47,848 nucleotides of DNA, taken from IMG/VR virus record IMGVR_UViG_3300025674_007358, positions 1 to 47,848 of that record; one strand, written 5' to 3'. This document shows, piece by piece, positions 17,991 to 25,913 of this stretch. Each line of letters opens with the position of its first letter. The first letter of the stretch is position 1. Origin of the DNA: a virus. Taxonomy: Duplodnaviria > Caudoviricetes. A program made the position numbers and the translations under genes. Under the pieces are notes generated by a model. It saw nothing but the letters and a program-made list of their open reading frames with translations. It did no database searches and was not told where the DNA came from.

Positions 17991-18347
17991 ATGACAGTAC
18001 AATCAAAGAAGATCACTACTAAATCTAAAAGTATAATTAAATTACTTAAAGATCAAAATAAAATCAATGATCAGTTATTAGTCTGTATTAATTCTTTATC
18101 TCTTGAAGATGTAATTGCTATCAAATTAGAATTGACTGCAAATAACATTAATAATAGGCTCTATGGTTTTGATATTTGGCGGGCATTACCTAACGTTGTA
18201 AAAGAAGCAACTCTGAAATTTGCTATCTCAACCACCAAGTCTAAAAAAGACGCTTCCAGATTTTTAGGCTTAACATACTTAGAATTCCTAAATATATGTA
18301 AGAAGTATCAAATTAATAACTTTTTTGATGCCTCTGATAAGGACTAA
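17991..18347 (+). CDS. Fis-type HTH protein
   Basis: C-terminal LKFAISTTKSKKDASRFLGLTYLEFLNICKKYQI resembles the Fis/HTH_8 pattern (AL...N...AA..LG.....L...KKY.I). Confidence 0.6.
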   Translation: MTVQSKKITTKSKSIIKLLKDQNKINDQLLVCINSLSLEDVIAIKLELTANNINNRLYGFDIWRALPNVVKEATLKFAISTTKSKKDASRFLGLTYLEFLNICKKYQINNFFDASDKD

Positions 18348-18351
18348 TATT

Positions 18352-18933
18352 ATGTTAATGACACTGCTAATGACTTTACTTGGGTGTGCTCCAGAAATGC
18401 AAGTTGAAGGAAGCGACACAGCACTTGGACCACTTCCATTACCTTTCATAGAATATGGAATTAATAAAACTGATATTTGCAGCCACGATCAATTAGGAGT
18501 CACAGTATGCGACTTCAAGTTCAATGATCAAAACGATGAACCTTGGAGACTATATGAGCACAAAGGAAAAGTTATTGTTTTAGACTTCTCGACTGCATGG
18601 TGTGGTCCTTGTCAAGCAGCAGGTCATTCTGCTCAGCCGGTTCAAGATGATTATAACGGAGAAGTAGTTGTGGTAACTTTAATGTTAGCCAACGTGTTGA
18701 ACATGCCTCCGACCTTGGAAGATGTGCAAGAGTGGGCAGAAGATCACGGAAATACTTCATCTCCAGTGTTGCAATCTCCAGCACATCAGGTTATAGATCC
18801 AAACGGGATAAATGGATATATTGTTCAGGGATATCCCACTTACATTTATTTAAACAGAGACATGGAAATTCATTTAGGTCATACAGGCTTCAGTGAAGAA
18901 TACATGCGAAACACTATCGACGAGTTATTATAA
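18352..18933 (+). CDS. TlpA/ResA-like thioredoxin-fold lipoprotein
   Basis: Lipobox LLGC; KGKVIVLDFSTAWCGPC; GYPT cis-Pro motif; start re-called to ATG 18352 after AAGGA. Confidence 0.85.
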   Translation: MLMTLLMTLLGCAPEMQVEGSDTALGPLPLPFIEYGINKTDICSHDQLGVTVCDFKFNDQNDEPWRLYEHKGKVIVLDFSTAWCGPCQAAGHSAQPVQDDYNGEVVVVTLMLANVLNMPPTLEDVQEWAEDHGNTSSPVLQSPAHQVIDPNGINGYIVQGYPTYIYLNRDMEIHLGHTGFSEEYMRNTIDELL

Positions 18934-19142
18934 TGTGGAAAGTATATAAAGAACATAATGGTTATGTACAAGGAGAGTTAGTAAGTAAACACTCCTCAGA
19001 GGCTGCTGCCCTAAAGGCGGCTGCTAAAAGTATAAAGTTTTCTTTTTCCGAAAAACAAAAAAAAGAGAAAGAAGTAATGATCTGGTTGGATGATGTGAAT
19101 CATTCTCCAATTGGTATCATAATAAAAAACAAAAGGGGATGA
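18933..19142 (+). CDS. hypothetical protein whose 3' end overlaps the tmRNA
   Basis: TAATG coupling with upstream gene; stop TGA 19140-19142 lies inside the tmRNA 5' end. Confidence 0.65.
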   Translation: MWKVYKEHNGYVQGELVSKHSSEAAALKAAAKSIKFSFSEKQKKEKEVMIWLDDVNHSPIGIIIKNKRG

Positions 19143-19471
19143 TTTGGCTTCGACAGGGCAGTGAAGAGGAATAGTGCAAGCAGGTTAGATACGACCTTAA
19201 CAGTTCAAAAATATTAGTTGCAAACAACAACAACCACTTTGAAGACGCTGTTCTTTTAGCAGCGTAATCAGGAGGCTGGTTAGAGCCTTCTTTCCAATCT
19301 AACCAAAACAACAGACAAGTTGTAAAAATCAAAAACTCAATGCAACAGGATGGTAAGCATTGTTTTATAACCATCTATCTTTGTCAGTAGGTGATAGAAA
19401 CTGACTATGCTTGTGAATGACTACAATTGGATTTGTTCTGGACGACGGTTCAATTCCGTCCATCTCCACCA
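19135..19471 (+). ncRNA. ssrA: tmRNA, tag peptide (A)ANNNNHFEDAVLLAA
   Basis: Acceptor GGGGATG 19135-41 pairs CATCTCC 19461-67 with G3-U; 3' ACCA; T-arm GACGG-TTCAATT-CCGTC; GGCTTCGAC near 5' end; resume GCA 19220 to TAA 19267. Confidence 0.97.
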
Positions 19472-20104
19472 TTTACATAAAAAACCCGCCATTTCCATAA
19501 CTCTGGACTATTTATTACATAAGGAGTTATGTTATGGCTAAGGTTTTAATAAATTGCGAAACATGCGATAAAGAGTTTGAGAGAGAAAAAGGAGAAATTA
19601 ACAGAAGCAGGAAACTTGGAAGAAAGATATATTGTTCTTCTAAATGTTCTGGAAAAGGTAACGCTCATCACTTAGGGGAGCATCTCGGTAAAGGACGACC
19701 AGAAAACCTTTTGCAAAATAATGATCTCTCTCGTAGAGATGAATACACTGAATTTAAATGGTTTATGAGAGGCATTAAGAGAAGAAGGAAACAAAGACAA
19801 AAAGAATATGATGTTGACCTGCTTTATCTAAAACAAGTTTGGAACGAACAAAAGGGAATTTGCCCTTTAACTGGTTGGAAACTTGAACTTCCAAAAGACT
19901 CAACTAACTGGAAAAATGAAGAAAATAAAATGTATCGTGCATCACTTGATAGAATTGATAGCAATAAAGGCTATATTAAAGGAAATGTAAGGTACATCTC
20001 AGTTATCGCAAATTATTGCAAAAACGCTTTTACAGATGACGAGGTTATATTATTCTGTGAGTCCGTCTATAAACAGAACAACATAGTTTAACCATCTCCA
20101 CCAT
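19460..20104 (+). mobile_element. putative mobile endonuclease cassette inserted at the tmRNA 3' end
   Basis: 13-bp direct repeat CCATCTCCACCAT at 19460-19472 and 20092-20104 brackets only the endonuclease ORF and its promoter/SD. Confidence 0.65.
19534..20091 (+). CDS. HNH-like (beta-beta-alpha-Me) endonuclease with N-terminal Zn finger
   Basis: CETC...YCSSKC; QKGICPLTG...ASLDRIDSNKGYIKGNV...ANYCKN; AAGGAG SD. Confidence 0.85.
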   Translation: MAKVLINCETCDKEFEREKGEINRSRKLGRKIYCSSKCSGKGNAHHLGEHLGKGRPENLLQNNDLSRRDEYTEFKWFMRGIKRRRKQRQKEYDVDLLYLKQVWNEQKGICPLTGWKLELPKDSTNWKNEENKMYRASLDRIDSNKGYIKGNVRYISVIANYCKNAFTDDEVILFCESVYKQNNIV

Positions 20105-20129
20105 CTATTTATATCATGAGGGATACAAT

Positions 20130-20336
20130 ATGAATATTTTCAAATGGTCTTATTGGTATAAAAAAGACAATAAAACAGAAACTACCAAAGAGCAGTATCA
20201 AACCAATGATTCTATGGAAATTGCGCTTTGGGAAATAAAGGATGTATTTGATCTAGAAACTGAGGAAGTGGATCAAGTTGTAATCCAAAAAAGAAAATAT
20301 GCTGAAATTTTTAAGTTAAGAAACAAAAAGAAATAA
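20130..20336 (+). CDS. hypothetical protein
   Basis: GAGG SD; CTATTTA 20105-20111. Confidence 0.6.
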   Translation: MNIFKWSYWYKKDNKTETTKEQYQTNDSMEIALWEIKDVFDLETEEVDQVVIQKRKYAEIFKLRNKKK

Positions 20337-20380
20337 CTTTGTTAACATCTCGTATAGATATTTTATAAGAGGTACAAATA

Positions 20381-20872
20381 GTGAAAATAACCATCGCATT
20401 TTATAAAGGAAAAGGTGATATTCTCAATAAAATTGTTAGATGGTGGACAAACAGCAAATACAGTCACGCCGAAATGATACTTGATGATCAAGAAACTTGG
20501 ATCAGTATCAGTCCAAAGCTTCTCAGCAAGATAGACTCTACAAGAAGGTTTTTTGCTAGTCATACTGAGTGGGACTTTATACCCTTGGAAGTGACCGAGG
20601 AACAATATAAGACGATATTAGACTTCTTTAACGAAACAAGAGGAAGCAAATATGACTGGTTTGGAATGTTGCTATCTCAGTTTCTACCTTTTAGAATTAA
20701 AACAGAAAACAGATGGTATTGCAGCGAGTGGATAGCATATGCTCTCAGAATTGCTAGTGTTGTTGACTGGAAGACAATTAAAATTTATGAACGAAAAGAC
20801 TTATCACCCAGCGTATTACATGATATAGTAACGAAAATAAAAGAAAATGAAAGGAAGAAAATACAAGGTTGA
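20381..20872 (+). CDS. permuted papain-like NlpC/P60 (YiiX/YebB-like) hydrolase
   Basis: YSHAEM (His) before KYDW...RWYCSE (Cys). Confidence 0.75.
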   Translation: MKITIAFYKGKGDILNKIVRWWTNSKYSHAEMILDDQETWISISPKLLSKIDSTRRFFASHTEWDFIPLEVTEEQYKTILDFFNETRGSKYDWFGMLLSQFLPFRIKTENRWYCSEWIAYALRIASVVDWKTIKIYERKDLSPSVLHDIVTKIKENERKKIQG

Positions 20873-21050
20873 CGAGTGGGTTTATTACGATTTCCTACCC
20901 GAGCAAGATACGACAGGCAATTATCGTAAAAAAGCAGTAATACTTTCAATATGTTCTCAGCGTGATTATTATGACTACGAGATCTATATAGAAGAAACTG
21001 GTGTATACAAGAAGGTCCGTGAGGATTCATTATTTCCAGTTGAACAATGA
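20847..21050 (+). CDS. SH3/KOW-like small protein
   Basis: YKVDEWVYY...AVIL...YEIYIE...VREDSLFP. Confidence 0.6.
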   Translation: MKGRKYKVDEWVYYDFLPEQDTTGNYRKKAVILSICSQRDYYDYEIYIEETGVYKKVREDSLFPVEQ

Positions 21051-21093
21051 AATAAATTTGTAGTATTATAAAAAATACTTATTTGAGGAATAA

Positions 21094-21885
21094 ATGAATA
21101 ATCTCGTTCTTTTTGACGTTGACGGCACTTTGACTGAAGCAAGGGATGCTATCTCTGTTAGGATGCTCAAGGCACTCAGAGAGCTTTGTAGGTACGCTGA
21201 AATAGGGTTTCTCACTGGTTCTGGGCTTGAATACATTAAGGAGCAGCTTTGGCCTGCTTTAAATGATCCAATTATAAAGCAAAATAGCCATCTTTTACCG
21301 TGCAATGGTACCGAATACGTTATAACTGATGGTATTGAAGAACTTATCTTTAACCACATTTCAAAAGCGTCGATGGAAGACGAAATTGGCGATGGCTCCA
21401 TGAGAGAGTTGCTTAAGGTGCTTTGCGAAATGCAAGCACAAGTGGTACAAGAATACAGCATTCCCTTGACGGGCAATTTTATTCAAAACAGAGGCTCAAT
21501 GGTTAATTGGTGTCCTATTGGAAGAGCAGCGAAAGGTGAAGCACGCGAAGCCTTCCTGTTATTAGATGAGCAGCTTGGTATAAGAAGAAAATATTTTGAT
21601 ATACTCTCAAAAGAAATTGCATCAAGAAAGATTGGCTTAACTTTGAAACTTGGCGGTGATACGTCATTTGATATTTATCCAAATGGTTGGGACAAGACAT
21701 ATGCTTTCAAACACTTTAATGAGCACGACTGGAATTTTTGGTTTGTTGGAGACCGATGTTATCCGCAAGGAAATGACTATGAAATATTCGAGCATCTCAA
21801 GCATACCGGTCGAGCGTTTGAAACGTCTGGCCCTCAAGAAACAATAGAAATAATAGATTTTCACATCTTAAGAGACATGTTATAA
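21094..21885 (+). CDS. HAD-type (PMM1/PMM2/SEC53-like) phosphomannomutase
   Basis: LFDVDGTLT; EQL; FIQNRGSMVNWCPIGR; GGDTSFDIYPNGWDKTY; FVGD...GNDYEIF. Confidence 0.88.
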   Translation: MNNLVLFDVDGTLTEARDAISVRMLKALRELCRYAEIGFLTGSGLEYIKEQLWPALNDPIIKQNSHLLPCNGTEYVITDGIEELIFNHISKASMEDEIGDGSMRELLKVLCEMQAQVVQEYSIPLTGNFIQNRGSMVNWCPIGRAAKGEAREAFLLLDEQLGIRRKYFDILSKEIASRKIGLTLKLGGDTSFDIYPNGWDKTYAFKHFNEHDWNFWFVGDRCYPQGNDYEIFEHLKHTGRAFETSGPQETIEIIDFHILRDML

Positions 21886-21896
21886 GGAGTTTAAGC

Positions 21897-22373
21897 ATGA
21901 GTGAAGAAACAAAAACAGTAATGGTATCAGGAGGCTTCGATCCTGTACATGTCGGACACATCCGAATGATTCGTGAAGCGGCTCAATATGGAGATGTGAT
22001 AGTTATTGCTAATTCTGATAACTGGTTACATAGAAAAAAGGGCTTTGTTTTTATGGAGTTTGAAAAAAGGTCTGAAATTTTGAGCGCACTCAAGGGTGTT
22101 ATCTTAGTCGATTCTGTCGATGATACTGATGGTACAGTCTGTGAAGCAATTCGTCGTCACAAGCCAGATTATTTTGCTAATGGCGGTGACAGGGGAAAGA
22201 AAAACACCCCCGAACAAGACGTTTGTGAAGAAATGGGAGTAGAATTACTGTGGGGTATTGGCGGAGACTACAAAGCAGACGCCTCTTCAACACTAGTAAA
22301 CAGGTTCAGAAAAGAACAAGAAAATGTAGAAGTTGCTCCACAACGCTCGAAAATTAAACACTCTGGAAGGTAG
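21897..22373 (+). CDS. cytidylyltransferase-family protein (RfaE/TagD/RibL-like)
   Basis: SGGFDPVHVGH (HxGH); NSD; FANGGDR. Confidence 0.88.
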   Translation: MSEETKTVMVSGGFDPVHVGHIRMIREAAQYGDVIVIANSDNWLHRKKGFVFMEFEKRSEILSALKGVILVDSVDDTDGTVCEAIRRHKPDYFANGGDRGKKNTPEQDVCEEMGVELLWGIGGDYKADASSTLVNRFRKEQENVEVAPQRSKIKHSGR

Positions 22374-22429
22374 GTGACGGTGTGCTACATAAACAAGCAC
22401 TAGTTAAATTAGACGAAGGGCTCTCGTTT

Positions 22430-22960
22430 ATGGACTATATAACATCCAATACTAAAACTTTGAAGCTAGACTCGTCTTACAGGCCGCTTGAGATAGTTGA
22501 TGCTCTCGAAGCCCTAGTTTTGTGCATAATAGGAAAAGCGCACGCCATCGAAACTTACAAAGAAGAAGTCAGATCTGTTTCAGAGTCTTTCAAACTTCCA
22601 GCAGTGATAGTCTTAACGAGATATGTAAAACTTCGTTTTCACTCCATGACTCCAAATAGGGCAAATATTATTTGGCGAGATCAAAACACATGCCAATATT
22701 GCTCAAAAGAATGCGAAAGCAAAGTTTTAACAATAGATCATGTTATACCTCGTTCAAGAGGCGGTGAAAACACTTGGAAAAACTTAGTTGCTGCTTGTAA
22801 GAAATGCAATCAAAAAAAAGGAAACAGAACTCCAAAAGAAGCTAATATGGTTTTACTACGAGAACCAAAAAGACCAAAATCAAACGTTCTTAGAACAGTA
22901 AGCAAAAAACAAATTAGTGATTTATGGAAAAACTATTTATGGGAAACAAATGAAAACTAA
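22430..22960 (+). CDS. HNH endonuclease (McrA-like)
   Basis: RDQNTCQYC...TIDHVIPRSRGG...WKNLVAACKKCNQKKG; start re-called to ATG 22430. Confidence 0.9.
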   Translation: MDYITSNTKTLKLDSSYRPLEIVDALEALVLCIIGKAHAIETYKEEVRSVSESFKLPAVIVLTRYVKLRFHSMTPNRANIIWRDQNTCQYCSKECESKVLTIDHVIPRSRGGENTWKNLVAACKKCNQKKGNRTPKEANMVLLREPKRPKSNVLRTVSKKQISDLWKNYLWETNEN

Positions 22961-23207
22961 AAACAAAGTTTGCTATCTATCAGAATTAGGACACAGAAAC
23001 TTTCAATATCCTAGTAATAAGAAAGCAATAATGAAATCTGAATGTAAATACGAAACACTTGCTTGGGTTCATGGAAGTAGAGATTTAAAACCTGTAAAGG
23101 TAAATGTGTCGTGTATTATTCCAATGGAACTTGACAACGATCCAGCCTATGATATATTGAAAGATAGCAATGAAAACAAAAACATTGTTGTTTGGATAGA
23201 AAAATAA
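22950..23207 (+). CDS. hypothetical protein
   Basis: ATG 22950 preceded by CTATTTA 22933-22939. Confidence 0.55.
   Translation: MKTKNKVCYLSELGHRNFQYPSNKKAIMKSECKYETLAWVHGSRDLKPVKVNVSCIIPMELDNDPAYDILKDSNENKNIVVWIEK
23131..23158 (+). promoter_or_regulatory. sigma70-type promoter, inside the ORF, for the downstream gene
   Basis: TTGACA 23131-23136, 16 nt, TG-n-TATATT 23153-23158. Confidence 0.55.
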
Positions 23208-23226
23208 TAATTTCATAGGAGAAAAA

Positions 23227-23703
23227 ATGTCTATTGTAACAAAACTTCAATCACTTAACCTTGCAGACGATGCAATGATTCATCTTACATACGAAGAGGG
23301 AGCAGATGTATTCGTACATAATGATACAGAAGTAGAGGATGCAATCAACGAAACTAGCGTTATTTATGAGTTTGCTTCACTCGTTGCTCAAACAAAGTTG
23401 GATGTTAGAAATCGTTGGTCTGGAAATATTCTAGAGCACCTTCGCAACGAAAGTTATCTTGATGATTATGAGCGTGGAACATACGGTTTTGAGAATTTTA
23501 TTGCCGAAACCATCCGCGATAACTTTTACGATGTTGATCTAATTGAATATTCAACTGAGAAGTATGACCACAAGCGCGGCTTCACTACCCTTACAGCAGA
23601 AGTTGACATCCCGTTTGCTAACTTCGTACAGGTTAACCCAAACATTACTGGCTGGAAGGTTTCAGTAGAAACAGACAACGGCACTTTGACTTTCGACGCA
23701 TAG
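23227..23703 (+). CDS. hypothetical protein
   Basis: AGGAG SD; 158 aa, acidic. Confidence 0.8.
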   Translation: MSIVTKLQSLNLADDAMIHLTYEEGADVFVHNDTEVEDAINETSVIYEFASLVAQTKLDVRNRWSGNILEHLRNESYLDDYERGTYGFENFIAETIRDNFYDVDLIEYSTEKYDHKRGFTTLTAEVDIPFANFVQVNPNITGWKVSVETDNGTLTFDA

Positions 23704-23804
23704 TGCGCGCTGTCCTGCTCGCGCATTCAATAAGCGGGAGGGGGCTGCCCGACCCAAACGTAGGCAGAGGTTTACGGTTATCCTAGTTCTAGACAAAAAA
23801 CCGT
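23702..23804 (+). ncRNA. candidate structured RNA of tandem H-type pseudoknots
   Basis: PK1: TGCGCG 23704-09/CGCGCA 23720-25 plus TCCTGCT 23713-19/AGCGGGA 23733-39. PK2: GGG/CCC 23753-55 plus CTGCC 23745-49/GGCAG 23763-67. PK3: AGG 23768-70/CCT 23782-84 plus ACGGTT 23774-79/AACCGT 23799-804. Confidence 0.55.
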
Positions 23805-23833
23805 TTCTTTTAAAATAACACATATATACTTAT

Positions 23834-23983
23834 GTGGAAACAGTGGTAGAACTAACAGTACTGGCGTTAGCCATGTTCTTGGTTGCGTTTTTTTGTATGA
23901 AGACGTTAGTAGTTCCAAAAAACACAACTACCGCTATGAATAAAATTTATGAAATCGAAGAGACGCTATACCAAAAACGATAA
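23834..23983 (+). CDS. small single-TM protein (49 aa; not in ORF track)
   Basis: GTG start; VELTVLALAMFLVAFFCMKTLVVP. Confidence 0.5.
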   Translation: METVVELTVLALAMFLVAFFCMKTLVVPKNTTTAMNKIYEIEETLYQKR

Positions 23984-24206
23984 AGTTTTGGTTAAATCAT
24001 TTGCTGGACCTGACGTATGTGTCCGCCTTGTTAAACGTTATCTACCGTCTAAAGCCGAACATAAGCTTGGTGTTGAAGGGTGGGAGGCGATCATAGAGGA
24101 TAGCAAGGAAGTTAACAAGTTGCGCTCTCATGGTGTACCATATAATAAACAAGAAAAACCGAAAGTATGGGTGTTTGATAATCAAATAATAAAAAGATGT
24201 CACTAA
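23949..24206 (+). CDS. small beta-rich hypothetical protein
   Basis: YTKNDKVLV...VWVFDNQII. Confidence 0.6.
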   Translation: MKSKRRYTKNDKVLVKSFAGPDVCVRLVKRYLPSKAEHKLGVEGWEAIIEDSKEVNKLRSHGVPYNKQEKPKVWVFDNQIIKRCH

Positions 24207-24225
24207 TTAAACCAGAAGGTCATTT

Positions 24226-25563
24226 ATGCCCCCAAAAAAGAATTATGTGCTAGACACTAGTGTTTATTTAACTGAAGCTAGTTCTATTTTTAAATTTGAA
24301 AATCACGACATCTTCATTCCACTTAAAGTTCTCGAAGAGGTTGACGGACACAAAAAAAGACAAGACTCGGTTGGTTCCAACGCAAGACACTTTATCAGAA
24401 TACTTGACGAGTTAAGAGCAAAAGGTTCTCTTGAAAAAGGTGTAAGAATAGATAAGGGCTTGGGAACGGTAAGAGTTTTATCTTATTCGTCTTTGGATAA
24501 TGTTATATTTCCACCTGACTTAGATCTACGTCTCCCAGACCACACCATAATAGCGACTGCAATGGCTGCTCAGATGCTTGAGCCAAAACGAAAGACTGTT
24601 CTTGTTTCAAGAGACATCAACATGAGAGTTATTTGTGATTCTCTTGGGCTTCAAGCAGAAGACTACACATCGGAAGAAGCCGTAACGTCTTCTGATGAAC
24701 TTTATAACGGCTTTGTGGTTCAGCCAGTCGATGACCAGATAATTGATAGGTATTATGCTGGCGAGGATGTTTTCATTGATGAAGAAGACATTCAGGAGCC
24801 TTGGTATCCAAATCAATATGTAATGCTAGTATCAAACGAAAATGAAAAGAAGTCTGCACTTGCTCGGTTTAAGAGTCATCACGAGCCATTAGAAAATGTT
24901 ATTCACAAAAACATACCAGACTGGAAGATCGATGCTAGAAACAAAGAACAAGCATTTGCTATCGATATGTTGATGGATCCAGAAATAAAAATAGTTTCAT
25001 TAGTTGGTCGTGCAGGCTCAGGAAAGACTTTGATGGCTATTGCTGCTGGTCTGCAACAGACAATAGGTTTACGAAGCGAGAATAACCACTACAACCGCCT
25101 TATTGTGTCTCGCCCGGTACAACCCCTTGGAAAAGACATCGGATATCTTCCAGGCACCATGGAGGAGAAAATGCTACCATGGCTGATGCCTATTCAGGAT
25201 AACCTCAAGTTCTTGATGGGCGATCGAACATCTCTTGAAATGTATATGGAAAAAGGAAAGATTGAACTCGAAGCCCTCACCTACATCAGAGGTCGCTCCA
25301 TAGCAAACGCATTCATTATTATTGATGAAGCACAGAACCTCACAAAACACGAAGTAAAAACTATTATTACTCGTATTGGTGAGGGCACAAAGATTATTTT
25401 AACTGGTGATGTCGAACAAATTGATAATGTATACGTAAATGAGACATCAAACGGTCTTGCTCACGCAATCGAAAAGTTCAAAGAATACAGAATAGCTGGT
25501 CACGTAACGTTCCGAAAGGGTGAGCGTTCGGAATTAGCTACACTAGCATCAAAAGTATTATAA
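24226..25563 (+). CDS. phoH: PIN-PhoH (PhoH2-like) protein
   Basis: PIN domain YVLDTSVYL...VSRDINMR; Walker A GRAGSGKT; GYLPG...EK; YIRGRS; IIDEAQN; GDVEQID. Confidence 0.93.
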   Translation: MPPKKNYVLDTSVYLTEASSIFKFENHDIFIPLKVLEEVDGHKKRQDSVGSNARHFIRILDELRAKGSLEKGVRIDKGLGTVRVLSYSSLDNVIFPPDLDLRLPDHTIIATAMAAQMLEPKRKTVLVSRDINMRVICDSLGLQAEDYTSEEAVTSSDELYNGFVVQPVDDQIIDRYYAGEDVFIDEEDIQEPWYPNQYVMLVSNENEKKSALARFKSHHEPLENVIHKNIPDWKIDARNKEQAFAIDMLMDPEIKIVSLVGRAGSGKTLMAIAAGLQQTIGLRSENNHYNRLIVSRPVQPLGKDIGYLPGTMEEKMLPWLMPIQDNLKFLMGDRTSLEMYMEKGKIELEALTYIRGRSIANAFIIIDEAQNLTKHEVKTIITRIGEGTKIILTGDVEQIDNVYVNETSNGLAHAIEKFKEYRIAGHVTFRKGERSELATLASKVL

Positions 25564-25610
25564 ACAAAACTTAATTTTTGATTTATATTAATCGAAAGGA
25601 GTGTCTTATT

Positions 25611-25913
25611 ATGACTAACGAGCAAGCACAAACTGAAGCAACATTAATAAACGAAGCAGAACTAAATACGAGTCCTTTACCATCCATAATTGTTGAAAAA
25701 GACTCCGCCCTGAAGAGCTATTTAGTAGAGTATGTCGGTACGAAACTGAATAATGAATTGGTGACGGTAGAGATGATTACAGAAGTACTAGCAACAGAGT
25801 TCCCAGAATTTGTTATTAGTTTAGCAGAAGAGAATTTTTTACTGGGATATGAACAAGGGTTGAGCGATGCTGACGGATTACATTCAAGAAAAGCAGAAAC
25901 AGTTGAAGAGTAA
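25611..25913 (+). CDS. hypothetical protein
   Basis: AAGGAG SD then ATG 25611. Confidence 0.7.
   Translation: MTNEQAQTEATLINEAELNTSPLPSIIVEKDSALKSYLVEYVGTKLNNELVTVEMITEVLATEFPEFVISLAEENFLLGYEQGLSDADGLHSRKAETVEE

Noticed and set aside
19117-19374. 85-aa minus-strand ORF
   Set aside because: Antisense to the tmRNA.
19444-19471. tRNA gene
   Set aside because: The T-arm and CCA belong to the tmRNA tRNA-like domain; no anticodon arm. No other tRNA was noticed.
22430-22960. Second HNH gene as a mobile element
   Set aside because: No flanking duplication or interrupted gene was seen.
23766-23804. preQ1-I riboswitch or intrinsic terminator
   Set aside because: Superficially similar (small stem, A-rich tail), but the stem is only 3 bp, no queuosine genes follow and the U-tract is weak; kept only as part of the pseudoknot candidate.
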